Assembly: GCA_963787125.1 (NCBI GenBank)
Contig: CAWBBV010000012.1
Span: forward strand, 64,001 to 128,000
Source of the DNA: an uncultured delta proteobacterium
GTDB lineage: Bacteria; Desulfobacterota; Desulfuromonadia; Geobacterales; DSM-12255
DNA: 64,000 nucleotides
Reading direction: 5' to 3'
Positions 52,794-63,021 of this stretch are shown one piece after another. The translations under genes were made by a program, and so were the position numbers. The stretch's first letter is position 1, and each line of letters opens with the position of its first letter. The notes beneath the pieces were generated by a model. The model ran no database searches, was not told the origin of the DNA, and saw only the letters and a list, made by a program, of their open reading frames with translations.

Positions 52794-53704
52794 TGGATTA
52801 TTGTCCTCTGGTCAGTATTCTGATACCGCTTTACAATCATGACAGGTTCATTGTCAGATGCCTGGAAAGTGCCGCCAATAATGGCTATGGAAATACCGAA
52901 ATCCTGATTATTGATGATGGCTCCAGCGATGCATCTGCCAGCACTGTTGCTGCTTGGTATGAGGCGGCAAGAGATCGCATTAACTGCACGTTTGAATTCA
53001 CAACGCGGGAAAACAAGGGATTATCAGCGACCCTCAATGAGCTGTTTGAGAAATCCCATGGTGACTTCATAGTTATCCTTGCCAGTGACGATTATCTGTT
53101 GCCAGGAGGGATAGACGCCAGGGTCAGCTATTTGTCCGAGCATCCGGAGAAGATGTTTGTTGTCGGTGATTACTGTGTCGTCGATGAAGCTGATCAGCAG
53201 CTGAATGCGAGCGGTATAGAAGAGATCTACCATGGCAGGAAGAAATATCTGCTTGACGACAATACCATTGCCGCTGAGCTGGTTTTTAACTGGTGCCTTG
53301 CCGGATCTATTTATCTAGGTCGGCGAGAACTGTATCGTGACCATACCTATGACGAGGATCTTGTTATTGAGGATTGGGATTACTGTCTGAGAATTGCAGC
53401 TAACGGCTGGATGGGCTTCATTGACTTCCCGGTATGCGCTTATCGGATTTACACGAAGCCGCCAGGTTATAATGAAAGACGGGAAATCCAGTGTACCAAT
53501 TCCATGCTGATCACCGCCCGCAAGAATATGCAGCTTTACCGCGGTTTGCCGCGGATTTTTCTCTGGGCAGAAACCCTCAGATACCGTGGTTATCTTGCCA
53601 GACTTACCGGTAAAAACAGGGCGCTTGCGCTACTGATTCTTGAACTTGGCAGAATGGTGATGCGGATGACCAAACGGCTGCATCACCGTAACTGCCCGTC
53701 ATGA
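52790..53704 (+). CDS. GT2 glycosyltransferase
   Basis: VSILIP.YN, IDDGSSD, N.GL..TLN, ASDD, IEDWD. Confidence 0.9.
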   Translation: MMDYCPLVSILIPLYNHDRFIVRCLESAANNGYGNTEILIIDDGSSDASASTVAAWYEAARDRINCTFEFTTRENKGLSATLNELFEKSHGDFIVILASDDYLLPGGIDARVSYLSEHPEKMFVVGDYCVVDEADQQLNASGIEEIYHGRKKYLLDDNTIAAELVFNWCLAGSIYLGRRELYRDHTYDEDLVIEDWDYCLRIAANGWMGFIDFPVCAYRIYTKPPGYNERREIQCTNSMLITARKNMQLYRGLPRIFLWAETLRYRGYLARLTGKNRALALLILELGRMVMRMTKRLHHRNCPS

Positions 53705-53738
53705 AAAGGATCCCCATATTACTGAGTTTTCCTGTAAA

Positions 53739-54827
53739 ATGAAAATTGTTCTGGTTAATAGCGCCCGTAAAGTTAGCGGTGCTGAAGAATACCTGCTTGA
53801 TCTGGCAGAAATTCTTCAGCCCTATGGCTATGCTCCCACATTCTTCGTCAAGTCCGGCGGGGTTCTGGAAACCAAGGCTGGGGGTTGCGGCTACCAATGC
53901 CGTGCCGTTTTTAAAGGTAATCCGTTAACTATTCCGCTGCGTATTGCCGCTGCCTTGGCTGCCGAGCAGCCCGATATAGTTCTTATCGGCCGTGATCATA
54001 ATATTTATCCGGTCATTGCCGGCTATCTGCTTGCCCTGCCATGGCTGCAAAAAAAGCCGAAAATAGTCGCCACCCTTCATACTCCCACCGGTAGACGCTA
54101 CCCCTTTGCCAGTAACTTCCTCGATGGCATAATTGCCTCTTCGGATTATACCGGCCAGACTTTCTATTCGGCCAATCCAGGTTGGCAGCAGCTTGCTGTG
54201 ACCATACACTGTGGCATCAACTTGCCACCGTTGCTTAAAGATAAGGAGAATGATGACCGACGCCGGCGTGTCCTTGTCGGGCGAGATTGGCCGGTAATCG
54301 GCATGGTAGGGGAACTCTGGAAAAATCAGGTGGAGCTGATTGAGATCGGCTCGATTCTGCAAAAGAAATATCCCGATATCACCATAGCCATTGTCGGTGG
54401 CGGCGATGACACTGAATTGAAGGAAAAGATTGCCGCCAGCAATCTGGAGCAAAACTTTGTTCTTACCGGCAGGATTCCTCGTGAGCAGATTTCTGATCTT
54501 TTTTATGACCTGGACTTATCGGTATCAACCCACCGTAACGAGGGATTCGGTATAGTCCATATCGAATCCCTTGCCGCTGCAACACCGGTCATCGCCTACA
54601 ACAGCGGCGGTCTGGTCGAAGTTATCCGCAACGGCGGTGGACAGTTGGTTGACGGCGGTACCGAGGAATTTGCTGATGCAGTTATCGGACTGCTGGCCGA
54701 TGAGAGTAGGCGGATAGCTCTTGGCAGGGAAGGGCGTGCAGTTGTCAAAGCGTTTTTCACTACTGATGTCATGGCTAAAGCACATGCTGAATATCTGCTG
54801 TCAATCGGCAACGGGGAGAAAAAGTGA
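53739..54827 (+). CDS. GT4 glycosyltransferase (paralog B)
   Basis: Collinear with 43162-44250; DLSVSTHRNEGFGIVHIESLAA identical. Confidence 0.9.
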   Translation: MKIVLVNSARKVSGAEEYLLDLAEILQPYGYAPTFFVKSGGVLETKAGGCGYQCRAVFKGNPLTIPLRIAAALAAEQPDIVLIGRDHNIYPVIAGYLLALPWLQKKPKIVATLHTPTGRRYPFASNFLDGIIASSDYTGQTFYSANPGWQQLAVTIHCGINLPPLLKDKENDDRRRRVLVGRDWPVIGMVGELWKNQVELIEIGSILQKKYPDITIAIVGGGDDTELKEKIAASNLEQNFVLTGRIPREQISDLFYDLDLSVSTHRNEGFGIVHIESLAAATPVIAYNSGGLVEVIRNGGGQLVDGGTEEFADAVIGLLADESRRIALGREGRAVVKAFFTTDVMAKAHAEYLLSIGNGEKK

Positions 54828-55915
54828 GTTCACTGCTAATTATCGAACCCAATCTTCGCAGTCCTAGCGGGCATTACGCCGAATTTGTCCGGGCCGTCGG
54901 TAGCAGGGTATCTCATGAGTCACTCGATGTTTTTGCGCACCCTGAAGCTGATGCTATGCTGGCGGGAATGTCGAATGTCGGTGTCTTCAGAAACTCTCCC
55001 CGTGTTGGTGAACCGCTTGCCGAATGGCGCACTATTTTCAACTGCGTCGCAGGCAACAGACCTTTTTTGCTTTTGACTGCAGATGGACGTCACGCAGCGG
55101 CAGCTTCGATTTCTGCCCGTTTTTCAGGCAATAATCCTCTCAATGCCAATTTTTTCTTTCATCGTGCACCAACAACATGGCGAGACAATCTGCTGGCTCC
55201 TTTCTCGGCCATTGCCAGAGAATATTCGCGGGCAATTACTTCTACTGAGCAGGTTGCAAGCTCACTGAAGGATCTGGGCTGGAGAAAAGTCGAATATATC
55301 CCTTATCCGGCGCTTGCGCCGCTGGCACCGGCAAAACCCCTCCCTTTTTCCCATCTGCTGATGGCAGGTGCAGCAAGGCTCAACAAAGGACTTGATCTTG
55401 TGGCAGAACTTGCCTGTAACTGGAGTGCTGATGGGCGCTCAATCCCGCTTTTTGTCCAGGTTTCCAGAAAACATGCGTCAAAACATGGGAAGAGAGAAGC
55501 TGTATATGTTGAAAAGTTGCTCTCTTCCGGATACCAGGGGTTGAAGAGTGATGCCGATGCGCCTGACCGAAGCGCTTATGTCGAGCGGTTCAGAGGTGCT
55601 CTGGTTCTGGCACCTTATGTTCGTGAACAGTTTGCCAGTCAGGTGAGTGGGGTTGTTCTTGATGCTCTACTGCATGGCGCACCGGTTATTGCCACAAAAG
55701 GTACCTGGCCCTCTTTGCAGGTTGAGCGTTTTGGCGCTGGTGTTACTATTGCGGAGCGGACTGCTGAAGCTCTTTCTGCGGCAATCGATACTATTTTAAA
55801 CGACTGGGAAAACTTTTCAGTGAAAGCCTGTACGGCGGCACGGGTACTTGCTCTGGAACATGATCCGTGTCATCTGGTTAAGCTTTTAGGGCTGGACACT
55901 GTTTGCGAATATTAA
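54824..55915 (+). CDS. Probable GT-B glycosyltransferase
   Basis: SGH near the N-terminus, GAARLNKG, PY...SGV.LDAL..G.PVI. Confidence 0.65.
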   Translation: MSSLLIIEPNLRSPSGHYAEFVRAVGSRVSHESLDVFAHPEADAMLAGMSNVGVFRNSPRVGEPLAEWRTIFNCVAGNRPFLLLTADGRHAAAASISARFSGNNPLNANFFFHRAPTTWRDNLLAPFSAIAREYSRAITSTEQVASSLKDLGWRKVEYIPYPALAPLAPAKPLPFSHLLMAGAARLNKGLDLVAELACNWSADGRSIPLFVQVSRKHASKHGKREAVYVEKLLSSGYQGLKSDADAPDRSAYVERFRGALVLAPYVREQFASQVSGVVLDALLHGAPVIATKGTWPSLQVERFGAGVTIAERTAEALSAAIDTILNDWENFSVKACTAARVLALEHDPCHLVKLLGLDTVCEY

Positions 55916-55925
55916 TAGAGAATAT

Positions 55926-57764
55926 ATGTCTATAAGTTATGAAAATAGAAAAGTAGTTTTCAGATGGACTTACTGGTTCATGCTGTTTAACTGGCTCTTG
56001 GCCATGGGTATAGGCAGCTTGTATCTTAATGTGACTCAATTCCCGGACGATGTTCTGTCACGGCTGTTTTTACTACTTTCATTTCCTACCCATTTTTTCA
56101 CAGTTTCATTAACATCATTTCTGTTAGTCATGCTTGGCGGGTTCTTCTGGCCAAAGAAGCGGTTAGTCATCCCTGCAGCTGTTATGGCTGGATTGGTCAT
56201 GTCAGTACTTTTGCTTATTGATGCCGGAGTCTTTTCCCTTTACAGATTCCACCTTAACGGGATGGTGTTGAATCTGGTTATGAGCGGAGTAGCAGTTGAA
56301 GTTCTGTCGCTTACCTGGGGTACCTGGGTTACTTTTCTGCTTTTCGTTGTCGGTGTATTGCTGCTTGAAATATTTATTGCCAAGTGGCTCTGGCGCCGCG
56401 CCGATCGCTTAAAATTTGGCGGCCATGTTTTTTGTGTTCTGGTAGTTTTGTTTCTGACCGCCAATTTTATCCATGCATGGGCTGATTATGTTCATTATGC
56501 ACCGGTAACCCGGATTGTTCGCATGCTACCGGCTTTTAAGCCGTTAACCATGAGAGCTCATATGGAACGACTCGGCTTTGTTCCTTTGAAGCAGGAAGCC
56601 GGCATGGGGCAGGTTGATTCAGGAAGCGGGTTACTGTATCCGCTTGAAAAACTGCAATTCAAAGGTCCAGCCAAGCCATACAATCTCATGATTATCGTTA
56701 TTGACAGTTGGCGTTTTGACATGCTTAGCCCAATAACTACCCCTAATATCTGGAAGTTCGCCGCCGGAAGTACTGTTTTTGAGCAGCACTACAGTGCAGG
56801 TAATGCGACGAGGTTTGGAATATTTTCACTTCTTTACGGTCTTTACGGCACCTACTGGCACTCTTTTCTGGCTGAGCAGCGTGGCCCGGTGTTAATCTCT
56901 GAACTTAATAAGCGGGCATATGAAATGGGTATTTTTGCCAGTGCTCCATTAACAAGTCCCGAGTTTGATCTGACTGTTTTTAAGGATGTTAATGAAACAT
57001 TGAAGAAAACAACTAACGGTGATCAGCCAGTTGATAGAGACCTGGAGATTACCAGAAATATGGTTAACTTTATTAACAAGACAAAAGAGAATCAGCCTTT
57101 TTTCGGTTTTCTGTTTTATGATGCTCCGCACGCAAAGCAGTTTCCTAAATCATTTGCGCTCAACAAACCCTATATTGATAACCTTAACTATCTGACTTTA
57201 AACAAAAATCAGGATCCACAACCGATCATCAATACCTACAAGAATTCATTACGTTTTGTTGACAGTAGTGTCGCTGAGGTGCTTGCTGCACTGCAGCGAA
57301 AAGGTAAACTTGATAATACGGTTGTCCTGATTACCGGTGATCATGGTGAAGAGTTCAATGATTTAAAGCTCGGTTACTGGGGCCATAACGGCAATTTTGC
57401 CCAATATCAAACCCGCACACCCTTGGTATTACATTTTCCAGGGCAAACACCACATCAGTACAATCATCTGACTACCCATCTTGATGTGGTTCCGACGTTG
57501 ATGCGTGACATGTTCGGTGCAACAACTGCTCCCTCAAAATATTCAAATGGCACCTATCTGACAGACACGCACTCACGTCAGTTTGTCCTTGTCAGTACTT
57601 GGGCATCATTTGCGATGGTTGAGCCGAAAAGGATCTGTATTGTTGAAAACAGAGGCTCAACAGAAATCGTTGACTGTAACTACACGCTCCTTAACGGGGA
57701 GACATTAAATCCCCAGTTCTCCAAAACAGCCATTGAAGAAATGGGTAAGTTTTATAAACATTAA
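55926..57764 (+). CDS. PbgA/YejM (LapC)-like protein: DUF3413 TM domain plus alkaline-phosphatase/sulfatase fold
   Basis: Five TM segments, D..V...YRFHLNG.V, H.WAD, LP.F.P.T.R, L.YP, HYS.GN.T..GIF.L.YG, T.H.D.VPTL. Confidence 0.85.
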   Translation: MSISYENRKVVFRWTYWFMLFNWLLAMGIGSLYLNVTQFPDDVLSRLFLLLSFPTHFFTVSLTSFLLVMLGGFFWPKKRLVIPAAVMAGLVMSVLLLIDAGVFSLYRFHLNGMVLNLVMSGVAVEVLSLTWGTWVTFLLFVVGVLLLEIFIAKWLWRRADRLKFGGHVFCVLVVLFLTANFIHAWADYVHYAPVTRIVRMLPAFKPLTMRAHMERLGFVPLKQEAGMGQVDSGSGLLYPLEKLQFKGPAKPYNLMIIVIDSWRFDMLSPITTPNIWKFAAGSTVFEQHYSAGNATRFGIFSLLYGLYGTYWHSFLAEQRGPVLISELNKRAYEMGIFASAPLTSPEFDLTVFKDVNETLKKTTNGDQPVDRDLEITRNMVNFINKTKENQPFFGFLFYDAPHAKQFPKSFALNKPYIDNLNYLTLNKNQDPQPIINTYKNSLRFVDSSVAEVLAALQRKGKLDNTVVLITGDHGEEFNDLKLGYWGHNGNFAQYQTRTPLVLHFPGQTPHQYNHLTTHLDVVPTLMRDMFGATTAPSKYSNGTYLTDTHSRQFVLVSTWASFAMVEPKRICIVENRGSTEIVDCNYTLLNGETLNPQFSKTAIEEMGKFYKH

Positions 57765-57776
57765 TAGAATCCTGAA

Positions 57777-58799
57777 ATGAGTATAACTACCGTGAAACAG
57801 CAACCACGCAATATACTGATTATAAAGCCCGGCGCAATAGGTGATCTGCTGCATATTTCTCCGACTGTCAGAGCTCTTAAAAAACATTTTCCTGAGTCCG
57901 GAATAGATATTATGGTCTCATCTCCGGCAACGATCTGTCTTTTTGAGAAAAATCCGCAGGTGAGAAAAGTTCTTTTTTTCGACCGTAAAGGCGAACATCG
58001 CAACTGGAGCAGTTTTCTGACCCTCTGGTCTGATGTCAGAAGAGGGAATTATGATCTGGTTATAAACTTTCAAAGAAGTACGCTAAAGGTTTGGTTGCTG
58101 GTGATGGCGGCTTTTCCGTGCCGTGTGCTCGTCTATCACAAAGCCAAGAACCGTAAGGTTCACGCTGTTACAAACCATCTGGAGACTGTTGCTTCTTTGG
58201 GGATTGTTCCGCAACAGGAAAATATTGATCTTGAGATGTTCCTGTCTTGCGAGGATGAGGCTTTTGCCGGAGGCATTATTGCAAAAGAGGGTCTTGGTGG
58301 CAGACAGTTGATTGCGCTTAATCTTGGCGCCAGTAATCGGGTGAAGTGCTGGTCTCCTGCATCTTATGCCGCCCTGTCAGATAGAATTCAGAAAGAAACC
58401 GCTGCAGCTGTCCTGCTTGTTGGTGGTAAGGACGAACTCGATCTTGCCGAGCAGGTTATGTCATCATGCATAATAAAGCCTTTAAATCTCGTTAACGCTC
58501 TTTCTCTCGGGGAGCTTGGTGCGATTCTTAAAGAGTGCAAACTGCTTGTCAGTGGTGATACAGGGCCACTCCACCTTGCAACAGCGGTCAAAACAAAAGT
58601 CATTGCTCTCTTCGGCGCAATTGATCCTGAGCGTACTGGACCTGTAGGGGCAGGGCATATAGTTTTGAGTCACCCTGAGCTTGAATGTGTTCCTTGTAAT
58701 GGAAAGTCATGTACTCATACGCCTAACCTGCAATGCATGACGATGATTACTGTTGATGAGGTGATGCAGGCTGTGCGTCAGATTTGCGACGCACTTTGA
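57777..58799 (+). CDS. GT9 glycosyltransferase
   Basis: IKPGAIGD, GDTGPLHLA, LFG, C.PC. Confidence 0.88.
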   Translation: MSITTVKQQPRNILIIKPGAIGDLLHISPTVRALKKHFPESGIDIMVSSPATICLFEKNPQVRKVLFFDRKGEHRNWSSFLTLWSDVRRGNYDLVINFQRSTLKVWLLVMAAFPCRVLVYHKAKNRKVHAVTNHLETVASLGIVPQQENIDLEMFLSCEDEAFAGGIIAKEGLGGRQLIALNLGASNRVKCWSPASYAALSDRIQKETAAAVLLVGGKDELDLAEQVMSSCIIKPLNLVNALSLGELGAILKECKLLVSGDTGPLHLATAVKTKVIALFGAIDPERTGPVGAGHIVLSHPELECVPCNGKSCTHTPNLQCMTMITVDEVMQAVRQICDAL

Positions 58800-58812
58800 C
58801 AGGGATACTGCT

Positions 58813-59550
58813 ATGACTTTGAACAATATCCCTGTTCTTATATATCATCATATCAATCCTCATGCAGGAGATACAGTCACTGTCACACCTGAGATTTTTA
58901 CGAGCCAGATGCGTTTTCTGACTGACGAAGGTTATCAAACTCTCTCAATTGATGAATTACTGGAATTTATCAACGGGAACAAAATCATCACCCAAAAAGC
59001 GGTTGTAATAACCTTTGATGACGGATGGCTGGATAATTTTAATTATGCAGTGCCGATATTAGCAAATCATAAGTTTAAAGCGGCTTTTTTTATCATCTCA
59101 GCGAGGGTTGATGCAGCTTCAGCCAAAACGAGTGGTCCAGTTGTGGCGGTGCCAAATCATGAGGCATCCAAAATCATGATTGAGAGCGGTCAGGCAAATT
59201 GTGTTGTCCTTGATTGGCAGACCATAAAAAGTTTAGAAAGTAGCGGTTTTTACAACTTTTATTCGCATACAGTCAACCACTTTCGCTGTGCCGATCTCAG
59301 TGATGACGAACTTAAGGTTGAACTTGCTCACTCCAAAGCGCGTATTGAGGCAGAGCTTTGCAGGTCTTGTGATTATTTATGCTGGCCTTATGGTAGCTTC
59401 AGCCCTAAAGCAGTGAAGATGGCTATCGATGTCGGCTATAAAGGCTTTTTCACAACCGTTGAAGGTTATTGTGAATCAGGTTCAGATCCTTTTATGATAA
59501 AACGTATTGAAGTTATGAACTCGATCGAGTGGTTTAAGAATCGTCTTTGA
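58813..59550 (+). CDS. Polysaccharide deacetylase (NodB-like)
   Basis: PVL.YH, TFDDG, SHT..H, WPYG. Confidence 0.9.
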   Translation: MTLNNIPVLIYHHINPHAGDTVTVTPEIFTSQMRFLTDEGYQTLSIDELLEFINGNKIITQKAVVITFDDGWLDNFNYAVPILANHKFKAAFFIISARVDAASAKTSGPVVAVPNHEASKIMIESGQANCVVLDWQTIKSLESSGFYNFYSHTVNHFRCADLSDDELKVELAHSKARIEAELCRSCDYLCWPYGSFSPKAVKMAIDVGYKGFFTTVEGYCESGSDPFMIKRIEVMNSIEWFKNRL

Positions 59551-59562
59551 GGTGGAGAGCAG

Positions 59563-60573
59563 ATGCGAAATATACTAGTAACCGGCGCAGCCGGTTTTAT
59601 CGGTTTTCATCTCTGTAAAAGGTTGCTGGCAGATGGCGATCTGGTAACCGGTCTGGATAATCTCAACGACTACTATGATGTGACCCTGAAAAACGCCAGG
59701 CTTGCCTTGCTCGAAACGGAAGACCGGTTCAACTTCAGGCATATAGACCTTTCAGATAAAAATGGCATTGCCGCACTTTTCGCTGGAGAAAGGTTCGATG
59801 TTGTTGTCAATATGGGAGCGCAGGCAGGGGTCAGGTATTCACTGGTAAACCCTCACGCTTACACAGAGAGCAATGTGACCGGTTTTCTTAATATTCTTGA
59901 AGGGTGCAGAGCTTCCGCTGTGGGGCACCTTGTCTATGCCTCTTCCAGCTCTGTTTACGGCGCTAACACCTGCATGCCTTTTTCAATCCATCAGAACGTT
60001 GATCACCCGGTTTCTCTTTACGCGGCTACAAAGAAAGCCAATGAACTGATGGCCCATACTTATTCTACTCTTTTTGCCATACCGACTACCGGACTTCGCT
60101 TCTTTACTGTTTACGGACCTTGGGGTCGGCCTGATATGGCACTGTTTCTCTTTACCCGTGCCATTCTGGAGAATAAACCGATTGATGTATTTAATAACGG
60201 TTTGATGCAGCGGGATTTTACCTATGTTGATGATATAGTGGAAGGTGTTGTCAGGGTTATGCAGAAACCGGCTGCCGCAGATCCGGCGTGGGATAGTAAC
60301 AGTCCTGATCCTGCAGGGAGTAACGCACCATATCGACTCTACAATATTGGCAATAACAATCCCGTTGCTCTGGGATATTTTATCGAAGTCCTTGAAGATT
60401 GCCTTGGCCGTAAAGCTCAAAAAAATATGTTACCTCTGCAGGCAGGTGATCTGCTTTCGACAAGAGCTGATATTTCAGAGCTTGTCTGCGATGTCGGTTT
60501 TAGTCCAGTTACGCCGATAGAAATCGGGATTGCGCGGTTTGTTGAATGGTATCGAGAGTACTATAAAGTTTAG
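59563..60573 (+). CDS. NAD-dependent epimerase (UDP-glucuronate 4-epimerase-like)
   Basis: [36 protein letters not shown]. Confidence 0.9.
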   Translation: MRNILVTGAAGFIGFHLCKRLLADGDLVTGLDNLNDYYDVTLKNARLALLETEDRFNFRHIDLSDKNGIAALFAGERFDVVVNMGAQAGVRYSLVNPHAYTESNVTGFLNILEGCRASAVGHLVYASSSSVYGANTCMPFSIHQNVDHPVSLYAATKKANELMAHTYSTLFAIPTTGLRFFTVYGPWGRPDMALFLFTRAILENKPIDVFNNGLMQRDFTYVDDIVEGVVRVMQKPAAADPAWDSNSPDPAGSNAPYRLYNIGNNNPVALGYFIEVLEDCLGRKAQKNMLPLQAGDLLSTRADISELVCDVGFSPVTPIEIGIARFVEWYREYYKV

Positions 60574-60591
60574 GCGTAAGGAGTCAGGAAT

Positions 60592-61554
60592 ATGATTACT
60601 AAAGAGGCCGATTTCTCAATGGTTAAAACATATCCATTGAAGGAACGCTCGAATAAAATGATCTTCTCAAGAGACTCAGCAATGCCTGTGACAAAAGGGA
60701 TGAGCGTTGCGGCACTCTTAGCTGCAATGCCGAAGCAACTTGGTGCTGAGTCGCTCCTGAAAGTCATTGACGCTATTGTAGCCGCAAGAGAAAAGGGGAA
60801 GCCGGTTGTTATGGCAATTGGTGGACATGTCATTAAGTGCGGGCTTCAACCGGTACTGAAAAGTCTGGTTGAAGCCGGAGCAGTGACGGCGTTTGCCATG
60901 AACGGCTCTGTTTCGGTGCATGACTATGAACTTTCCCTGATAGCCGCAACGAGTGAAGATGTCGGTGCCGTCCTTCATTGCGGGACTTTTGGTATGGCTG
61001 AAGAGACAGGTCGTGATCTCAACCTGGCTTTAAAGGAAGGTGTATCTAAAGGAATGGGCTATGGTGAGGCAGTCGGTCGCTTTATCCTGGAGAAGCAGAA
61101 TCCTTATGCTTGTCACAGTCTCCTGGCACTTTGCGCAGAGCGTGATATTCCGGCGACAGTACATGTTGCCATCGGCAATGATATCATTCATCAGCATCCG
61201 GATGCTGATGGCGCTGTTATTGGTGAAGCCTCATTCAGAGACTTCAGACTCTTGACCTCAATAGTGAGCCAGCTTGGTGACGGCGGAGTTTACTTGAATA
61301 TCGGCAGTGCAGTAATCCTGCCTGAAGTTTTTCTGAAAGCCCTTTCCATCGCCCAGAATCTTGGACATCATGTCGACAATTTTACCACTGCAAATTTTGA
61401 TATGCAGCAGCATTACCGGCCGTTGCAAAATGTCGTCAAGAGGCCGACATCCGGTAAGAGTCAGGGGTACACGCTTACCGGACATCATGAGATCATGATT
61501 CCGCTGCTGGCTGCCGGCATACTTGACAAAATAGGAGCGAGCTTAAATGGATAG
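60592..61554 (+). CDS. Conserved hypothetical protein with deoxyhypusine-synthase-like features
   Basis: GGHVIK.G, NG...HD.E, FGMAEETG, TVHVAIG.DI.H, N.GSAV.LPEVFLKAL; overlaps the hldE start. Confidence 0.7.
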   Translation: MITKEADFSMVKTYPLKERSNKMIFSRDSAMPVTKGMSVAALLAAMPKQLGAESLLKVIDAIVAAREKGKPVVMAIGGHVIKCGLQPVLKSLVEAGAVTAFAMNGSVSVHDYELSLIAATSEDVGAVLHCGTFGMAEETGRDLNLALKEGVSKGMGYGEAVGRFILEKQNPYACHSLLALCAERDIPATVHVAIGNDIIHQHPDADGAVIGEASFRDFRLLTSIVSQLGDGGVYLNIGSAVILPEVFLKALSIAQNLGHHVDNFTTANFDMQQHYRPLQNVVKRPTSGKSQGYTLTGHHEIMIPLLAAGILDKIGASLNG

Positions 61555-63016
61555 AAAACTAATTGAGTCACTCTTTTCCAGGACAAGGGAAATCAAGGCT
61601 CTTGTTATCGGTGATCTGATGCTTGACGAGTACCTCTGGGGAAAAACGGACCGGATTTCTCCTGAAGCTCCGGTTCAGGTGGTTGATGTTATTCGTGAAG
61701 ATTTACGCCTTGGCGGCGCAGGTAATGTTGTCAACAATCTTGTCTCCCTCGGTTGCACGGTTTCTGTCTGCAGTGTCATCGGTGCTGATGATAACGGCTC
61801 CCAGTTAAGGCAAGTGTTTGACGGAATGGGAGTAAATGTTGCGGCATTGTTTGAAGATCCGGCAAGGCGGACCGGCAAGAAGACCAGAGTCATGGCCGCC
61901 CATCAGCAAATCGTCAGGATTGATCGTGAATCCAAAGAGCCTCTTACTTCATCTTTTGAGGAACTCCTCATAGGTTTTCTCCGAAAAAACGCAAAAGACT
62001 TCAATGTCCTTGTTGTCTCCGACTATCTGAAAGGGGTGCTAACTCCACGGGTGCTCGAATCAATAATTGCGCTTGGTAATGACGCAAAGATCCCTGTTGT
62101 TGTCGATCCAAAGGGTAGTGACTACTCTAAATACAGAGGCGCTACCATTCTTACCCCTAACAAGAAGGAGGCCGAGCAGGCTTCCGGCACCATGATCAGC
62201 GATGAAGCAACCTTGAATCAGGCTGCATCCAGCCTTCTTCAAGGGCTTGACCTCGCGGCGCTTCTCATTACCAGAAGCGAGGCCGGTATGTCTCTGTTTC
62301 GTGCTGGCCTTGATCCTCTCCATATCCCTACTGTCGCCCGGGAAGTATATGACGTCACCGGTGCAGGGGATACTGTCCTGGCTGTCCTGAGTCTGGGGCT
62401 TGCGGCAGGAATCTCATTCGACGAAGCAGCACGACTGGCAAACATTGCTGCCGGTCTCGTTGTCGGTAAGCTTGGGACTTCGACTCTGAAACCTGCCGAG
62501 ATTCTTGATGAACTTGGCAGAGAGCATCGCGACAGTGATAATAAGATTAAAAATCTTGATGTCCTTGCCGGGATTATTGCCACGGAAAAATCCCGTGGGA
62601 AGAAAATCGTCTTTACCAACGGCTGTTTTGATCTTCTTCATGTCGGCCATGTGAAGTATTTGCAAAAAGCGCGTTCCTTCGGGGATTTTCTGGTGCTTGG
62701 TCTTAATAGTGACGCTTCCATAAGACGGCTTAAAGGGGAGAAACGCCCGTTGATAGCGGAGGATGAGCGTGCGCATATTCTTGCAGCGCTTGATTGCATT
62801 GATTATGTTGTGATTTTTGATGAAGATACACCGCTGCACCTGATTGAGACTCTGAAACCCTCTATTCTTGTGAAGGGGGGAGATTATACTCTTGACGGGG
62901 TTGTGGGGCGAGAGGCGGTTGAGGCGGATGGCGGCAGAGTTGAACTGGTGCAATTTGTCGATGGTAAGTCGACGACTAATATTATTGAGAGAATCTTACA
63001 GAGTTACGGAGATTAA
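61547..63016 (+). CDS. hldE: Bifunctional heptose-7-P kinase / heptose-1-P adenylyltransferase
   Basis: RISPEAPV, DVTGAGD, FTNGCFD.LH.GH, KGGDY. Confidence 0.96.
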   Translation: MDRKLIESLFSRTREIKALVIGDLMLDEYLWGKTDRISPEAPVQVVDVIREDLRLGGAGNVVNNLVSLGCTVSVCSVIGADDNGSQLRQVFDGMGVNVAALFEDPARRTGKKTRVMAAHQQIVRIDRESKEPLTSSFEELLIGFLRKNAKDFNVLVVSDYLKGVLTPRVLESIIALGNDAKIPVVVDPKGSDYSKYRGATILTPNKKEAEQASGTMISDEATLNQAASSLLQGLDLAALLITRSEAGMSLFRAGLDPLHIPTVAREVYDVTGAGDTVLAVLSLGLAAGISFDEAARLANIAAGLVVGKLGTSTLKPAEILDELGREHRDSDNKIKNLDVLAGIIATEKSRGKKIVFTNGCFDLLHVGHVKYLQKARSFGDFLVLGLNSDASIRRLKGEKRPLIAEDERAHILAALDCIDYVVIFDEDTPLHLIETLKPSILVKGGDYTLDGVVGREAVEADGGRVELVQFVDGKSTTNIIERILQSYGD

Positions 63017-63021
63017 CTTTA

